From a virus, in the IMG/VR virus record IMGVR_UViG_3300049889_000020: a stretch of 64,000 nt of DNA; one strand, 5' to 3'. The first letter of the stretch is position 1. Every line of letters starts with the position of its first letter. Below, piece by piece: positions 1 through 8,864 of the stretch. A program made the position numbers and the translations under genes. The notes beneath the pieces are model-generated. The model was given only the letters and a program-made list of their open reading frames with translations. It was not told where the DNA came from and searched no databases.

Positions 1-68
1 GCCTGCGTCGACTGCCTCGAAGCCTGACCCCCGACCACCCGTTCCGGCACCCCAGGAGAGACACCGTC

Positions 69-677
69 ATGATCCCCATCAGCCACGAAGACTTCACGGC
101 CCTCAAGGCCCTCGACGACGCCCGCCGCGCCGCCGCTCCTCTCACCACCCGAGTCGCCGACTCAGCCAGCAGAGCCTTCTGGTACTTCGCCGAAGAGGCC
201 CTGTGCATCAACCCCAACCCGACCACGCAATCACAGGCATACCCCGACCGGCTCCTGGGCCTCCTCATCGCCTACCCCGAACGCCCGCTGGAGGAGTGCC
301 TGAACGACATCGGGTACGCCGTTATCGAGCCCGACGCTGCGTCCGACCACAGATTGGACCCGCTGTGCTACATCGCCGTCTCGGGCGACACCGGCTCCCC
401 CGTCCGCGTCTTCGCCAATCCCGACGCCGCCTACGAGTTCTCCGGGAACACTGAAGCCGGCATCGGCACCGACATCCTCGACATTCCCTTCGAGCCCCAC
501 GTCGACGTCCCCGACGGCATGGACCTCGACCGGCTCGCCGCGCAGCTCGCTGACACCATCTCCGACCATCAGCACGCCGAAGGGATCGGCTTCAGCGTCA
601 ATACCGAAGCCGTCCTCCCCGCTCTGCCCGCGTTCATTACCGCCTGCCTCGCCCGGCAAGCCGAACTGGACTCATGA
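69..677 (+). CDS. hypothetical protein (first of a tandem paralog pair)
   Basis: ATG 69 with AGGAGAG upstream; G/C-rich third positions; stop overlaps the next start (ATGA). Shares blocks LLGLL.DYP.R.L.ECLN..GY.V..P and ALPAF..ACLA with 674..1390. Confidence 0.6.
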   Translation: MIPISHEDFTALKALDDARRAAAPLTTRVADSASRAFWYFAEEALCINPNPTTQSQAYPDRLLGLLIAYPERPLEECLNDIGYAVIEPDAASDHRLDPLCYIAVSGDTGSPVRVFANPDAAYEFSGNTEAGIGTDILDIPFEPHVDVPDGMDLDRLAAQLADTISDHQHAEGIGFSVNTEAVLPALPAFITACLARQAELDS

Positions 678-1390
678 TGATCGCCCTACCGCGCCCCGAA
701 TACGAGGCCATTGAGATCGCCGACAACGCCCGCCGCGTGCTCCGCAAGCGTTCCGCCAAGGCCGCCAACAACGCCACCCGGGCACTGCGGAGCTACCTCG
801 ACGACGTCATGGGCAGCGGCCACGCTGAAGCCCTCCTGGGTCTGCTCACCGACTACCCCGACCGCTGCCTCGGTGAATGCCTCAACGCCCTGGGCTACGT
901 CGTCACCGACCCTCCACCCGACCCCCAGGCGCCGAAGTGTTACATCGTCGTGCGCAATGACGATGACTGCGATTGCAAGACCCCCATCCACGCCTTCGTC
1001 CTTGAGACAGCCGCGCGCGAGTTTTGCAGCGATCCGTCCACCCACGTCGTCACTGTCGACTTCGAGCCCGCCCCCGAACCTGAGGTGCCCGAAGGACTCG
1101 ACCTCGACATGCTCGCTGCTGACATTTCCAAGATGCTCAGCCGCTACGGGTACGACGAGTGGGGCCTGGAGAACGTCAGCGACGACGAGATCCGTCCCGC
1201 CCTGCCCGCGTTCGTCGCCGCCTGCCTGGCGAACGCCGCCGCGAACAAACCGAGCTGCCCGGATGAGGCGACGTGTCACCACGAGTGCCGCTCCGTTTGT
1301 TTCCGAGTGAAGTATTGCAGTCCGTTGTCCGGCGTGTACCCCGGCGATGACTGGCCGGAGTCAGTGCGCGCGAAGCACGCGGGGGACTGA
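674..1390 (+). CDS. hypothetical protein (second paralog, with extra Cys/His-rich C-terminus)
   Basis: ATG 674 overlaps the upstream stop. Conserved blocks shared with 69..677. Extra tail CPDEATCHHECRSVCFRVKYC. Confidence 0.6.
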   Translation: MMIALPRPEYEAIEIADNARRVLRKRSAKAANNATRALRSYLDDVMGSGHAEALLGLLTDYPDRCLGECLNALGYVVTDPPPDPQAPKCYIVVRNDDDCDCKTPIHAFVLETAAREFCSDPSTHVVTVDFEPAPEPEVPEGLDLDMLAADISKMLSRYGYDEWGLENVSDDEIRPALPAFVAACLANAAANKPSCPDEATCHHECRSVCFRVKYCSPLSGVYPGDDWPESVRAKHAGD

Positions 1391-1397
1391 CCCAATT

Positions 1398-1766
1398 ATG
1401 AAACCCGGCCGCGTTGTCCTATTCCTACTCGCTGTACTCGTCGCACTGGGCATTTACGGTGCCCGCAACACACCTACCATCATCCCGGCCGGCGCCGACA
1501 CCCCACAATGCTGGCAACTTCACGATGGGATCAACCAGCCGTGCGCCTCCCACGGGAAGCTCCGCACAATGGTCGAGTGGCGCATCGTCGACAAACAGGG
1601 CCTCGACCACGACTGCTGGCGTCTCGCCATGACCCTGGCGCACCCCGGCCCCGATGACCCCGATGAGTCCAACTTCACTGACTGCAACAGCAAAGACACC
1701 TACGACCGCTACCAGATCGGTGACTCCTACTGGTCACCCGACTCCATGACCCAACTAGCCGGATAG
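1398..1766 (+). CDS. small membrane-anchored or secreted protein
   Basis: In-frame ATG 1398 followed by the hydrophobic helix VVLFLLAVLVALGIYG. The longer track ORF from 1347 overlaps the previous gene. Confidence 0.5.
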   Translation: MKPGRVVLFLLAVLVALGIYGARNTPTIIPAGADTPQCWQLHDGINQPCASHGKLRTMVEWRIVDKQGLDHDCWRLAMTLAHPGPDDPDESNFTDCNSKDTYDRYQIGDSYWSPDSMTQLAG

Positions 1767-1774
1767 GACTGCCC

Positions 1775-2083
1775 ATGGTCACCGCTAAGAATCCTCGCTT
1801 CTACCGCATTGAGTGGAAGGGCGACCTCATCGAAGCGCCAACCACAGTCAAGAGGTGCGGGACGGTGCCCTTCCGGCCCATGACCGCAGACATCACTTAC
1901 ATGCTCAAAGACGATCAATGGGTGCCCTACCTAGCCCTGATCACCGGGCCGCAGTTAAAGAAAGACAACACCGACGGCAAGTCACTGATCAGTTCTGAAT
2001 ATCACCTGAGCTGGGCCGATGACACCCCGGAATGGATCACCGCCCTCGCTCGCCTCCACACCCCCAAAGTGGTGTCCTCATGA
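1775..2083 (+). CDS. hypothetical protein
   Basis: 102-aa ORF with AGGA upstream and normal codon bias. Confidence 0.55.
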   Translation: MVTAKNPRFYRIEWKGDLIEAPTTVKRCGTVPFRPMTADITYMLKDDQWVPYLALITGPQLKKDNTDGKSLISSEYHLSWADDTPEWITALARLHTPKVVSS

Positions 2084-2256
2084 CGCGCCCTTCGCCCGCC
2101 ACCGGGGACTACACCGCTGAAGCCGAAGCTTGGCTAAGGAATGAGAACTACCTCCCCAGGGCCCGGCACGACTTCGCGGCAGCAATCGCGCAACTCGGCA
2201 TCCTCGCCCAACTCACCCGCATCGCTGATGCTTTGGAGGAGGCGAACCGCGAATGA
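2080..2256 (+). CDS. hypothetical small helical protein
   Basis: ATG 2080 overlaps the upstream stop (ATGA). The rest of the track ORF from 2032 lies inside the previous gene. Confidence 0.45.
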   Translation: MTRPSPATGDYTAEAEAWLRNENYLPRARHDFAAAIAQLGILAQLTRIADALEEANRE

Positions 2257-2780
2257 CGCAGCACTGGTCCGGCCTGCCGAGCTTCGGCTACTTCGACCAG
2301 ACCCTCCCCCAGCACCTCAAAGCGTGTGCCGCTGCCCACGAGGCATCCCACGCCGTGATCGGGGCGCACTTCGGTCTCACGCTAGGTGAAATCAGCATCA
2401 CCCTGCACCGCGAAACCGAAGACGTCTCCGGTCTGGTCGTCATCGAAGGTGATGAGGACGGGAAACGCATCTCTGAAACCCACCTGCCCTCCTGGCTGAT
2501 CGGATGCGCCGCCGGGCAGGTGGGCGAAGCGATGTGGTGGCAGCACTACAAACACTGCACCTTCGAGCAGGGGATGCTCAACGCCGACGCGGGCGCCGCC
2601 ACCGACCGTGCCATGTTCGCCAAGAACGGCGGCAAGAATCCACCCATCAGCCTGCCCCAGGCCCGGCTGATGGCACAGGCCCTCCTGATGCCCCGCTGGG
2701 CACTGGTCTCCCGCTACGCCGCGACCCTCGTCCACGACGGCCGCATGGCCGGCCGCAAGATCCAATCAGAGGGGAGGTAA
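2253..2780 (+). CDS. HExxH zinc-metallopeptidase-like protein (FtsH/M41-like motif)
   Basis: Motif AAAHEASHAVIGAHFG resembles the HEAGHA signature of M41 peptidases. ATGA coupling to the upstream gene. Confidence 0.45.
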   Translation: MTQHWSGLPSFGYFDQTLPQHLKACAAAHEASHAVIGAHFGLTLGEISITLHRETEDVSGLVVIEGDEDGKRISETHLPSWLIGCAAGQVGEAMWWQHYKHCTFEQGMLNADAGAATDRAMFAKNGGKNPPISLPQARLMAQALLMPRWALVSRYAATLVHDGRMAGRKIQSEGR

Positions 2781-2930
2781 CCATGCGGCACCCAGACAGC
2801 TACGAACACGAGCACTGCGGAACCGAGACCGTCGAGTAGAGCGATCCAGAGTCAGCACTGAGGGGAACCGAGACGGGGACAACCAGGGGAGGCCGACATG
2901 AACCGAGGGGACTAAACCCCCTCACACGAG

Positions 2931-2959
2931 AGACCCCCAGCAGACGCGGCTGGGGGTCT
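2931..2959. terminator. bidirectional hairpin between convergent genes
   Basis: 11-bp perfect stem AGACCCCCAGC/GCTGGGGGTCT with a 7-nt loop. No T-tract. Confidence 0.5.
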
Positions 2960-2994
2960 CTCTGCGTGCCGGAACACCGGGACATCAAGGGGGA

Positions 2995-3339
2995 TCAGTC
3001 GTCGCGCGTGTAGTCCTTCGGCACAGCCATGCGGGCACGCCGGTCGGTGTAGCGCCGCGCACGAGGCACCGGGATGCCCAGCGTCAAGAACACCCACGCC
3101 GCTGTCTTCAGCCGCTCCGGGTTGCCCCCACAGTGCCGGCAACGGTGGTAGCTGCCGTCAGCCTTGGGCGCGGGGCATCGGCCGCACTTGCGCAGCGGGT
3201 CGCGCTGCACCTTGACGAACCACCACAGTAGGCCAGCGACCACCGCCAGCGTGCCCAGTGCGGCGGGGGACATGCCGCTGGGGGCCGGTTCCGGGCCGGG
3301 AGCCTGCGCCAGTGCCGCCGCGTAAGCGATGGTCACCAT
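2995..3339 (-). CDS. small membrane protein with Cys4 zinc-ribbon (Spd-like position)
   Basis: Hydrophobic helix LGTLAVVAGLLWWFV followed by CGRC...CRHC. Lies downstream of the tra gene in the same orientation. Confidence 0.55.
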   Translation of the reverse strand: MVTIAYAAALAQAPGPEPAPSGMSPAALGTLAVVAGLLWWFVKVQRDPLRKCGRCPAPKADGSYHRCRHCGGNPERLKTAAWVFLTLGIPVPRARRYTDRRARMAVPKDYTRDD

Positions 3340-3361
3340 GTGTAGTCGCCGCCTTGGTCGT

Positions 3362-3503
3362 TGGATGGTGCTGGACTGTCCTGGATGGTTCTGGCTAGTT
3401 CTGGACGGTGCTGGCCTCTCCGCGAGATACCCCTAAGGTCGAGGGCTCGCTGACGGCCCGGCTGGACGGTGTTGGATGGTGCTGGACTCCAGCACCATCC
3501 AAC
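3362..3503. repeat. iteron-like array of a 13-nt motif TGGAYGGTKYTGG (5 direct + 1 inverted copy); candidate clt / protein-binding locus
   Basis: Copies at 3362, 3382 and 3402 are exactly 20 nt apart. Further copies at 3463 and 3473, and an inverted copy at 3489-3501. The last two copies form a 16-bp-arm palindrome (3471-3486 / 3488-3503) 8 nt after the tra stop codon. Confidence 0.7.
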
Positions 3504-3510
3504 CAGTTGG

Positions 3511-5676
3511 TCACTGTGCGTTACCGGAGTCCAGGCGGTACTCCTCGGGCACCATCGACGGAGACACCAGCCGGTAGTACTCCGAGCCCGCCGCGATCGG
3601 CACGATCGCCTGAGCCTCCTGCGCCTCCCGGCGCTTGTTCTGAGTCCACGACACCGACCGGTGGCACTTCTCCCGCAGGGTCTTCACCCGCACCCCGTCG
3701 CGGCCGGCCAGCTGGAAGACCTTCCAGAACTCTGCGGTGGCCTTCTCCGTCGACCAGTCCTCGTTCTCCTCCGCGTATCGCTTCTGTGCCGCCGCCAGAT
3801 CCTCAGCTTCAGCCTTGCCCTGCGGTACCAGCATCAACTCAATCGGGATGCTGTCCGCCACTGCTGTTGCGTCCATGGCCTGCTCCTTAGTGTCGTTCCC
3901 CGCCGGAGTCCCCGGCTCATTCCCCGCTGATTCCCCGACCGGATTCCCCGCCGGGCTCCCCTCCGAGTCCCCGCCCGACTCCCCGAGCATCGCCGCCAAC
4001 TCGACGTCGATAGCGTCGGGTCCGAGCGCCGGATCCGGGGTGTCGTCCTCGTCCTCATCACTCCACACGCCGCTGCTCGGCTTGACGTCCTCCGGGCGCC
4101 AGATCTTCCGGGCCCGGTACTCGTCGTTGCGGCAGTCGACGTTCGTGCTGCCGGCATCCAGGGGGCAGCACCGTGACCAGTACTTGCACACGATGTCGTA
4201 GATGCCGTCACGGTCGACGTTGCGAACCCGCAACGCCATGTCGCGCATGTAGCCCATCTCGGACAGGAAGCACCACCCGGCACCCTGATCGCCGCCGGGC
4301 TTGTCGGGGAACGTGGCATCCACGGCCCCGTTGTGGCGACCCAACGCGATCGCCTGGTGCGCGGTCTGCTGCACCCGGAAACAAAACCTCCGCAGAATGT
4401 TCGCCTGAAGCTGACTGGAGCCGATCGCGTCCAGAGTCGGGTACTGGGTTGCGGCGCACAACAGAACACCGACACCGGCACCCATCCGGCCGAGCTTTTC
4501 CACTAGCTGGAGGGCGTGGAAGTTCTCCATCTGCATGTTGAACACTTCCGCTGCCTCATCGACATACAGAATGATCAACGGGTGCTTCTTGCTGACCCGC
4601 CACACGTCCCAGCCCTTGCTGGCCGCGTAGTTCTCCCGGTAAATCATGATCGCGTTGATGCGCTCCAGCAGTGCGGCGGCCTCCTCCATGGCTGCCTCGT
4701 CGCGACCACACACCAGCCAGTGGAACATGGGCGCCCAGGGCCTCAGCGCCATTCCGCCCTTAGCGTCGATACCGAACCGCACCACATCGTCACAGTTCGC
4801 CGTCTCCGCCAGCATCAGGTGGTACAAACCGCTCTTACCTGACCGGGTCGCCCCAGCGGCAAGGGTGTGCGTGCCACCGAATCCCTGCTTGTACCAGTAG
4901 ATCTGACACATTTCGCCGTCGTCGTAAGGTCCGACGTCCATGGCGTCACAAATCGACGTCATGGTGGGCGAGGTGAACGCCACGGGGATGCGCCGGGCAG
5001 CATTGTCGGTGTTCTCGACGAGGTCGACACAGTCCGACCGGGTCATGTCACTGTCGTTCTTGACTTCCATGACCCGCAGCTGCCCCAGGGGAATACCCAG
5101 CGACGCCTCAATGCGGGGAGCGAGTCCCTTGATCTGAGACACCGTGTAATCGTCCCCATCCCACCACAGGCGACGCGTAGAGCCGTTCTTGGTCTTCTTC
5201 TTTGGGGTGATGCGGGACAGTTCAATTCCGAGCTTCTTAGCCTTGAACTGAGCCCACGCCTTGACCTCAGCGTCAACCTCACGACGCTTCGTCTCACGCT
5301 GGTCAGTCCAGTAGGCGCACCCGGACAGCATCACCGCACAGAACCAGGCGATGCCGAAATCGAGCTTGTATTCCGTCGCCCACGGCGTGTGACAGGCGAA
5401 CATCCACAACATGCCCAACACGAGGATGAAACGGTAGACGCGGCGCTGCATCGCATCGAGCAGGCCGATCGTCCACAGGAAAACCCCGAGCCCGGCGACA
5501 CTGACCCCCGCGACGGTCTGCCACCAGAAGGGCACGAGCAACGCATCGAGCACCCCGGCGAGACCCACGGCCGCCCCGGCAGCGAAAGGGTTCAACAGGC
5601 GGGAATGCTTGTTGTACCACTCTCCCCAGGTCTGGTCGTGAGCGATCGCCGGAGCGTGCCCGACGCGTCGACCCAT
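3511..5676 (-). CDS. FtsK/SpoIIIE-family DNA translocase (TraB/TraSA-like conjugal transfer protein)
   Basis: Walker A GATRSGKSG, Walker B LIILYVDEAAE, N-terminal hydrophobic segments. Start set at ATG 5676 (GAGGAG upstream). The track ORF up to 6033 overlaps the next gene and is low-complexity. Confidence 0.8.
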   Translation of the reverse strand: MGRRVGHAPAIAHDQTWGEWYNKHSRLLNPFAAGAAVGLAGVLDALLVPFWWQTVAGVSVAGLGVFLWTIGLLDAMQRRVYRFILVLGMLWMFACHTPWATEYKLDFGIAWFCAVMLSGCAYWTDQRETKRREVDAEVKAWAQFKAKKLGIELSRITPKKKTKNGSTRRLWWDGDDYTVSQIKGLAPRIEASLGIPLGQLRVMEVKNDSDMTRSDCVDLVENTDNAARRIPVAFTSPTMTSICDAMDVGPYDDGEMCQIYWYKQGFGGTHTLAAGATRSGKSGLYHLMLAETANCDDVVRFGIDAKGGMALRPWAPMFHWLVCGRDEAAMEEAAALLERINAIMIYRENYAASKGWDVWRVSKKHPLIILYVDEAAEVFNMQMENFHALQLVEKLGRMGAGVGVLLCAATQYPTLDAIGSSQLQANILRRFCFRVQQTAHQAIALGRHNGAVDATFPDKPGGDQGAGWCFLSEMGYMRDMALRVRNVDRDGIYDIVCKYWSRCCPLDAGSTNVDCRNDEYRARKIWRPEDVKPSSGVWSDEDEDDTPDPALGPDAIDVELAAMLGESGGDSEGSPAGNPVGESAGNEPGTPAGNDTKEQAMDATAVADSIPIELMLVPQGKAEAEDLAAAQKRYAEENEDWSTEKATAEFWKVFQLAGRDGVRVKTLREKCHRSVSWTQNKRREAQEAQAIVPIAAGSEYYRLVSPSMVPEEYRLDSGNAQ

Positions 5677-5699
5677 GATGGTGTGCTCCTCTCGTTTGA

Positions 5700-6797
5700 T
5701 TAGCTGGCGTTGGACAGGTACTGGCGGCCGGGATCGGGAGTGCCGCCCTGGTAGTGCTGGATCAGCGCCTGGTAGTGCGCGGTGATCGCCACGTGGGTGG
5801 CCGTGAAGTAGGCGCCGGCAGCGGAGATCTGGTCGGCGGCCCCGTTGAGCTGCTGGACGCAGGTGGGGTGAAAGCCGATCTGTTCCCCGTTGGGGCCGGA
5901 GCCCATGTTGATCATGCGGGCCTGGCGCTCCCGAATGGTCTGCCCGATGGCCACCATCAGCTGGTTCATCGCCTCCAGCTCGGCGACCATCTCGATGTGG
6001 GTCTTGGGCACGTTCTGTGCCCACGCCGTCCACGGCGTGAGCATCGCCCCGACCGTGGCGGAGCTGGCCGCGCCGGAGCTTCCGCCACCAGCTGCGCTTG
6101 CACCGTTGCCGTTGCCTGACTTGCTACCCCATGCCATTTGGGGGCTCCCTTCGTTGTTGTTCGCCCCTGCGGGCTTGGATCCTGCGATCGGGGTGATCGT
6201 CGCGCCGGCCGGCGCGACGATGGGCGCCGTGGGCATCTCCGCCTTGCCGGACAGCCGGTCCTTCAGCCGTTGGCGTCGGGTCGGTGCCGGCGTAGCCGGA
6301 GTGCCCGACGGTGCAGCGGGTGGAGCTTGCGGCGCTTGCGGTGCCGCAACTGGTGCCGGCGGGACTGCGGGCGCCGGCTGGGTTGCCGCCGTTGCCGCTG
6401 TGGTCTTGGCCGCTTTGGGCTGCGGCCCGCAGTCGTGCGTGCGAAGCTCGTCGGCCGTCATGGCCTTGCCGCATCCGGCGCAGTAGTTCTTAGCCCGACC
6501 CCGCCCCGCGCCCCCAGTGCGCTGGGAACGGCGGTACTCCACGCGTTGACGCCACGTCGGCACCGCGCTCTCGCGCATCTCTTTCAGCGCGAGCCGGTTC
6601 TCCCGGCGGGCCTCAGACTTCTTCACGCTGTAGCGGTAGACGCCCCGCACGGCTTTGGTCCACCCGCGCTTGTTCATCCACTTGCTGATCCGCTCAGCGG
6701 TGTGCTCGCGGGCGTTGGTGGGCTTGGGTGTGATGCGCTTCTGCCCCGGTAGCGGCGTGACCTTCGTCCGGGGCTTGGCCGTCGTCTTCGTGGCCAT
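5700..6797 (-). CDS. hypothetical protein (basic N-terminus, Cys motif, Ala/Pro-rich linker)
   Basis: 365-aa ORF coupled to the upstream gene (overlapping stop/start at 6795-6799). Contains CAGCGK...THDC and a long APAP linker. Confidence 0.55.
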   Translation of the reverse strand: MATKTTAKPRTKVTPLPGQKRITPKPTNAREHTAERISKWMNKRGWTKAVRGVYRYSVKKSEARRENRLALKEMRESAVPTWRQRVEYRRSQRTGGAGRGRAKNYCAGCGKAMTADELRTHDCGPQPKAAKTTAATAATQPAPAVPPAPVAAPQAPQAPPAAPSGTPATPAPTRRQRLKDRLSGKAEMPTAPIVAPAGATITPIAGSKPAGANNNEGSPQMAWGSKSGNGNGASAAGGGSSGAASSATVGAMLTPWTAWAQNVPKTHIEMVAELEAMNQLMVAIGQTIRERQARMINMGSGPNGEQIGFHPTCVQQLNGAADQISAAGAYFTATHVAITAHYQALIQHYQGGTPDPGRQYLSNAS

Positions 6798-7633
6798 CAG
6801 GCAGTCCTCCGCTCAGCGGTGAGCACGTGATCGACGATCTCGGGCAGGAACTTCTTGCAGTAGCCCTTGCCGGCGCCGATCGCGATGTCCAGCTCGGCGG
6901 CCACCGTGACCGCGATGTCCTGGCCGGCGCGGTGGCGACGGACCAGCTCGGCGACCGCCGCATCACGCAGGGTCGGCTTGGTGGTGCGCTTGACCGTGGG
7001 TTTCGGTACTGGGGTGCAGACCAGCGTCGGCCCGGTCAGCGCCGTGTTGACGACGGCCGCCGCTGCGGCGCGCTTGCGGGCGTCGGCCTCGTCGGCGATC
7101 CGCTTCGCGTCGGCCTCTTGGCGGGCGATGGTCGCGAGACGTTCCGCCCGTGCGATGGCGGCTTCGCTGTCGCGGTGGGCTTGCTCGGCGGCGAGCTGCG
7201 CGGCGATGGCTGCCCTGCCGGTGGCGCGGTGCTCACGGATCGCGGCGGCGATCATGTGGGCGGTGATGCCGCCGGTCAACGGGGGCAGCATGCCGATCAG
7301 CACCAGCCAGCCCACGGCGGGGCTGAGGTGCACCGGCAGCGCGAGGTGCAGCCCGGACACGACGGTGTCCAGGCCGATCGCGGAGTAGGCCATCCGGCGG
7401 GCATAGGTGCGGACGTCGACGGACAGGCTCTCGGTCATCGCGAAGATTGACGACACGAGCATCACGCCCGTGGTCGACGCCGATGGGATCCACGCGAGGT
7501 AGGCGGGGATGCCGCACGCCACGGCGAGCAGGAACACGCTCGCGGCGCCCCAGAGGATCAGGGGGGCGATGGTGAGCCCGACGGCGCCCCACGTCCAGCG
7601 GTTGAACAGGGGGGCCCTGGCGTCTGTGTCCAT
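6797..7633 (-). CDS. membrane protein, DUF2637-like architecture
   Basis: ATG 7633 with GGAGGGGGG upstream. Several hydrophobic helices, then the coiled tail AAEQAHRDSEAAIARAERLATIARQEADAKRIADEADARKRAAA. I recall this layout next to FtsK-like tra genes. Confidence 0.55.
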   Translation of the reverse strand: MDTDARAPLFNRWTWGAVGLTIAPLILWGAASVFLLAVACGIPAYLAWIPSASTTGVMLVSSIFAMTESLSVDVRTYARRMAYSAIGLDTVVSGLHLALPVHLSPAVGWLVLIGMLPPLTGGITAHMIAAAIREHRATGRAAIAAQLAAEQAHRDSEAAIARAERLATIARQEADAKRIADEADARKRAAAAAVVNTALTGPTLVCTPVPKPTVKRTTKPTLRDAAVAELVRRHRAGQDIAVTVAAELDIAIGAGKGYCKKFLPEIVDHVLTAERRTA

Positions 7634-7710
7634 GTCGCCCCCCTCCAGTTGGTAGCGCCGACCGGCGGGGTTCGTTCCACCCGTCCGGTCGGCGACGTCT
7701 TGTGGTCCCA

Positions 7711-7746
7711 CCACAGTACACCGGGTGTACGGACAGCTGAACAGCC
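7711..7746. promoter_or_regulatory. divergent promoter/operator region: 15-bp palindrome GTACACCGGGTGTAC plus CGGACAGCTGAACAGC box
   Basis: Perfect palindrome at 7716-7730 (GT..AC type, as for GntR operators). The 16-mer at 7730-7745 recurs at 9408-9423. Confidence 0.55.
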
Positions 7747-7759
7747 TGACAGGTCGGCT

Positions 7760-8590
7760 ATGATTCGTGGCGTGCCACTAACTGGGGTCCACTTCCGGAG
7801 CGTCAACCGCTTCGAGGTGGGTACGCCGCTGCATCGTCAGGTCGCCGACGCGATACGTCGTGCGATCACTGACGGCACCCTTGTCGCAGGTGAGACCCTG
7901 CCCGGTGAGCACACGATCGCCGAGATGGCCGGCGTCGCTCGCGCCACGGTGCGCACCGCCATGGATGATCTGGTAGCTGAGGGCCTGATCGTGAAGCGTT
8001 CGGGGTGCCCCACCCGAGTTGTGACCCCACCACAAGTCCGCCGGATGTCGACGCAGCGATACCAGGAGGCCCTGGACGCGATCCGCGCCAACGACGGCCG
8101 CCATCCGCTGTCGTCGGCGTTCACGGCGGATCACGGCGTGAAGTGGCCGGAACACAACGTGTTGGCCCACTACGTCGAAGAGCCGGCCAGTGAGGACTTC
8201 GCGGCGCGCCTGGGGCTGGCACCCGGAACGATGGTGCTCACGCGGGAGCTGATCAAGCAGGTGCGCGGGGTGACGGTGCAGCTGCAAACGTCAGTGATTC
8301 CCTTAGGCCTCGTGGCCGGCACGCCGGTCGCTGACCCTGATCGGCAGCCCTGGCCGGGGGGAACCCTGGCGGAGCTGTACTCCGTGGGGCTCGTGGTGTC
8401 GCGTGTCCTGGAGGAGGTCAGGGTTCGCCCCCCGACGCCGCGCGAGCGTCAGGTTCTGGGTATGGATGTGGTGGGCCCGGTGGGGGAGATCATGCGCGTG
8501 TTCTACGCGGGGGACCGGCCGGTGGAGTGTTCGATCGCGGTGATCGAGGCATCGAGCTACGTGCTCAGTTTCGAGACCACGATCACGTGA
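7760..8590 (+). CDS. GntR-family transcriptional regulator (Kor-like)
   Basis: Winged-HTH signature TLPGEHTIAEMAGVARATVRTAMDDLVAEGLIVKRSG. Start uncertain: ATG 7760, or a possibly leaderless GTG 7772, because TATGAT at 7759-7764 looks like a -10 box. Confidence 0.8.
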   Translation: MIRGVPLTGVHFRSVNRFEVGTPLHRQVADAIRRAITDGTLVAGETLPGEHTIAEMAGVARATVRTAMDDLVAEGLIVKRSGCPTRVVTPPQVRRMSTQRYQEALDAIRANDGRHPLSSAFTADHGVKWPEHNVLAHYVEEPASEDFAARLGLAPGTMVLTRELIKQVRGVTVQLQTSVIPLGLVAGTPVADPDRQPWPGGTLAELYSVGLVVSRVLEEVRVRPPTPRERQVLGMDVVGPVGEIMRVFYAGDRPVECSIAVIEASSYVLSFETTIT

Positions 8591-8853
8591 CCCATCCCCA
8601 GCAGCAGCCCGGTTACCTCACGACCCGCGTCGGGCCGGGGGGACGGCTGGAGATCTTGCACGCTGATCCGGTGGTGGAGTGCACTGATCGGTTCTTGCGC
8701 AGTGTGATGGCGGCGCCCACTGAGACGCTGGGCGAGTGCGAGGGTCCGTCGATCGTGTTGGTCACGTTCATGGGAACAAACAGGTCGGTGACCTACATGA
8801 TCGGTCCGTACGACGAGGCGCGTGATCTTTACACGCTGCGCTGGCCGGACTAG
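8587..8853 (+). CDS. hypothetical protein
   Basis: GTG 8587 overlaps the GntR stop (GTGA). Reasonable codon bias. Confidence 0.4.
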   Translation: MTHPQQQPGYLTTRVGPGGRLEILHADPVVECTDRFLRSVMAAPTETLGECEGPSIVLVTFMGTNRSVTYMIGPYDEARDLYTLRWPD

Positions 8854-8864
8854 TTCTACCTGAG

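Larger units (their letters stand above)
1..8864. mobile_element. conjugative-element-like segment (actinomycete AICE / Streptomyces-plasmid style: FtsK-like Tra, DUF2637-like protein, GntR Kor-like regulator) abutting the 3' end of a tRNA-like gene
   Basis: Gene content of 2995..8590 and its position downstream of the 3' end of the minus-strand tRNA-like gene at 8865..8941. The left boundary is outside the window. No integrase or replication gene was seen. Confidence 0.4.

Noticed and set aside
5677-6033. N-terminal 119-codon extension of the FtsK-like ORF given in the track (start 6033)
   Set aside because: The extension overlaps the 3' end of gene 5700..6797 in another frame and is Arg/Pro/Gly-rich. 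ATG 5676 has a GAGGAG SD and begins the hydrophobic N-terminus.
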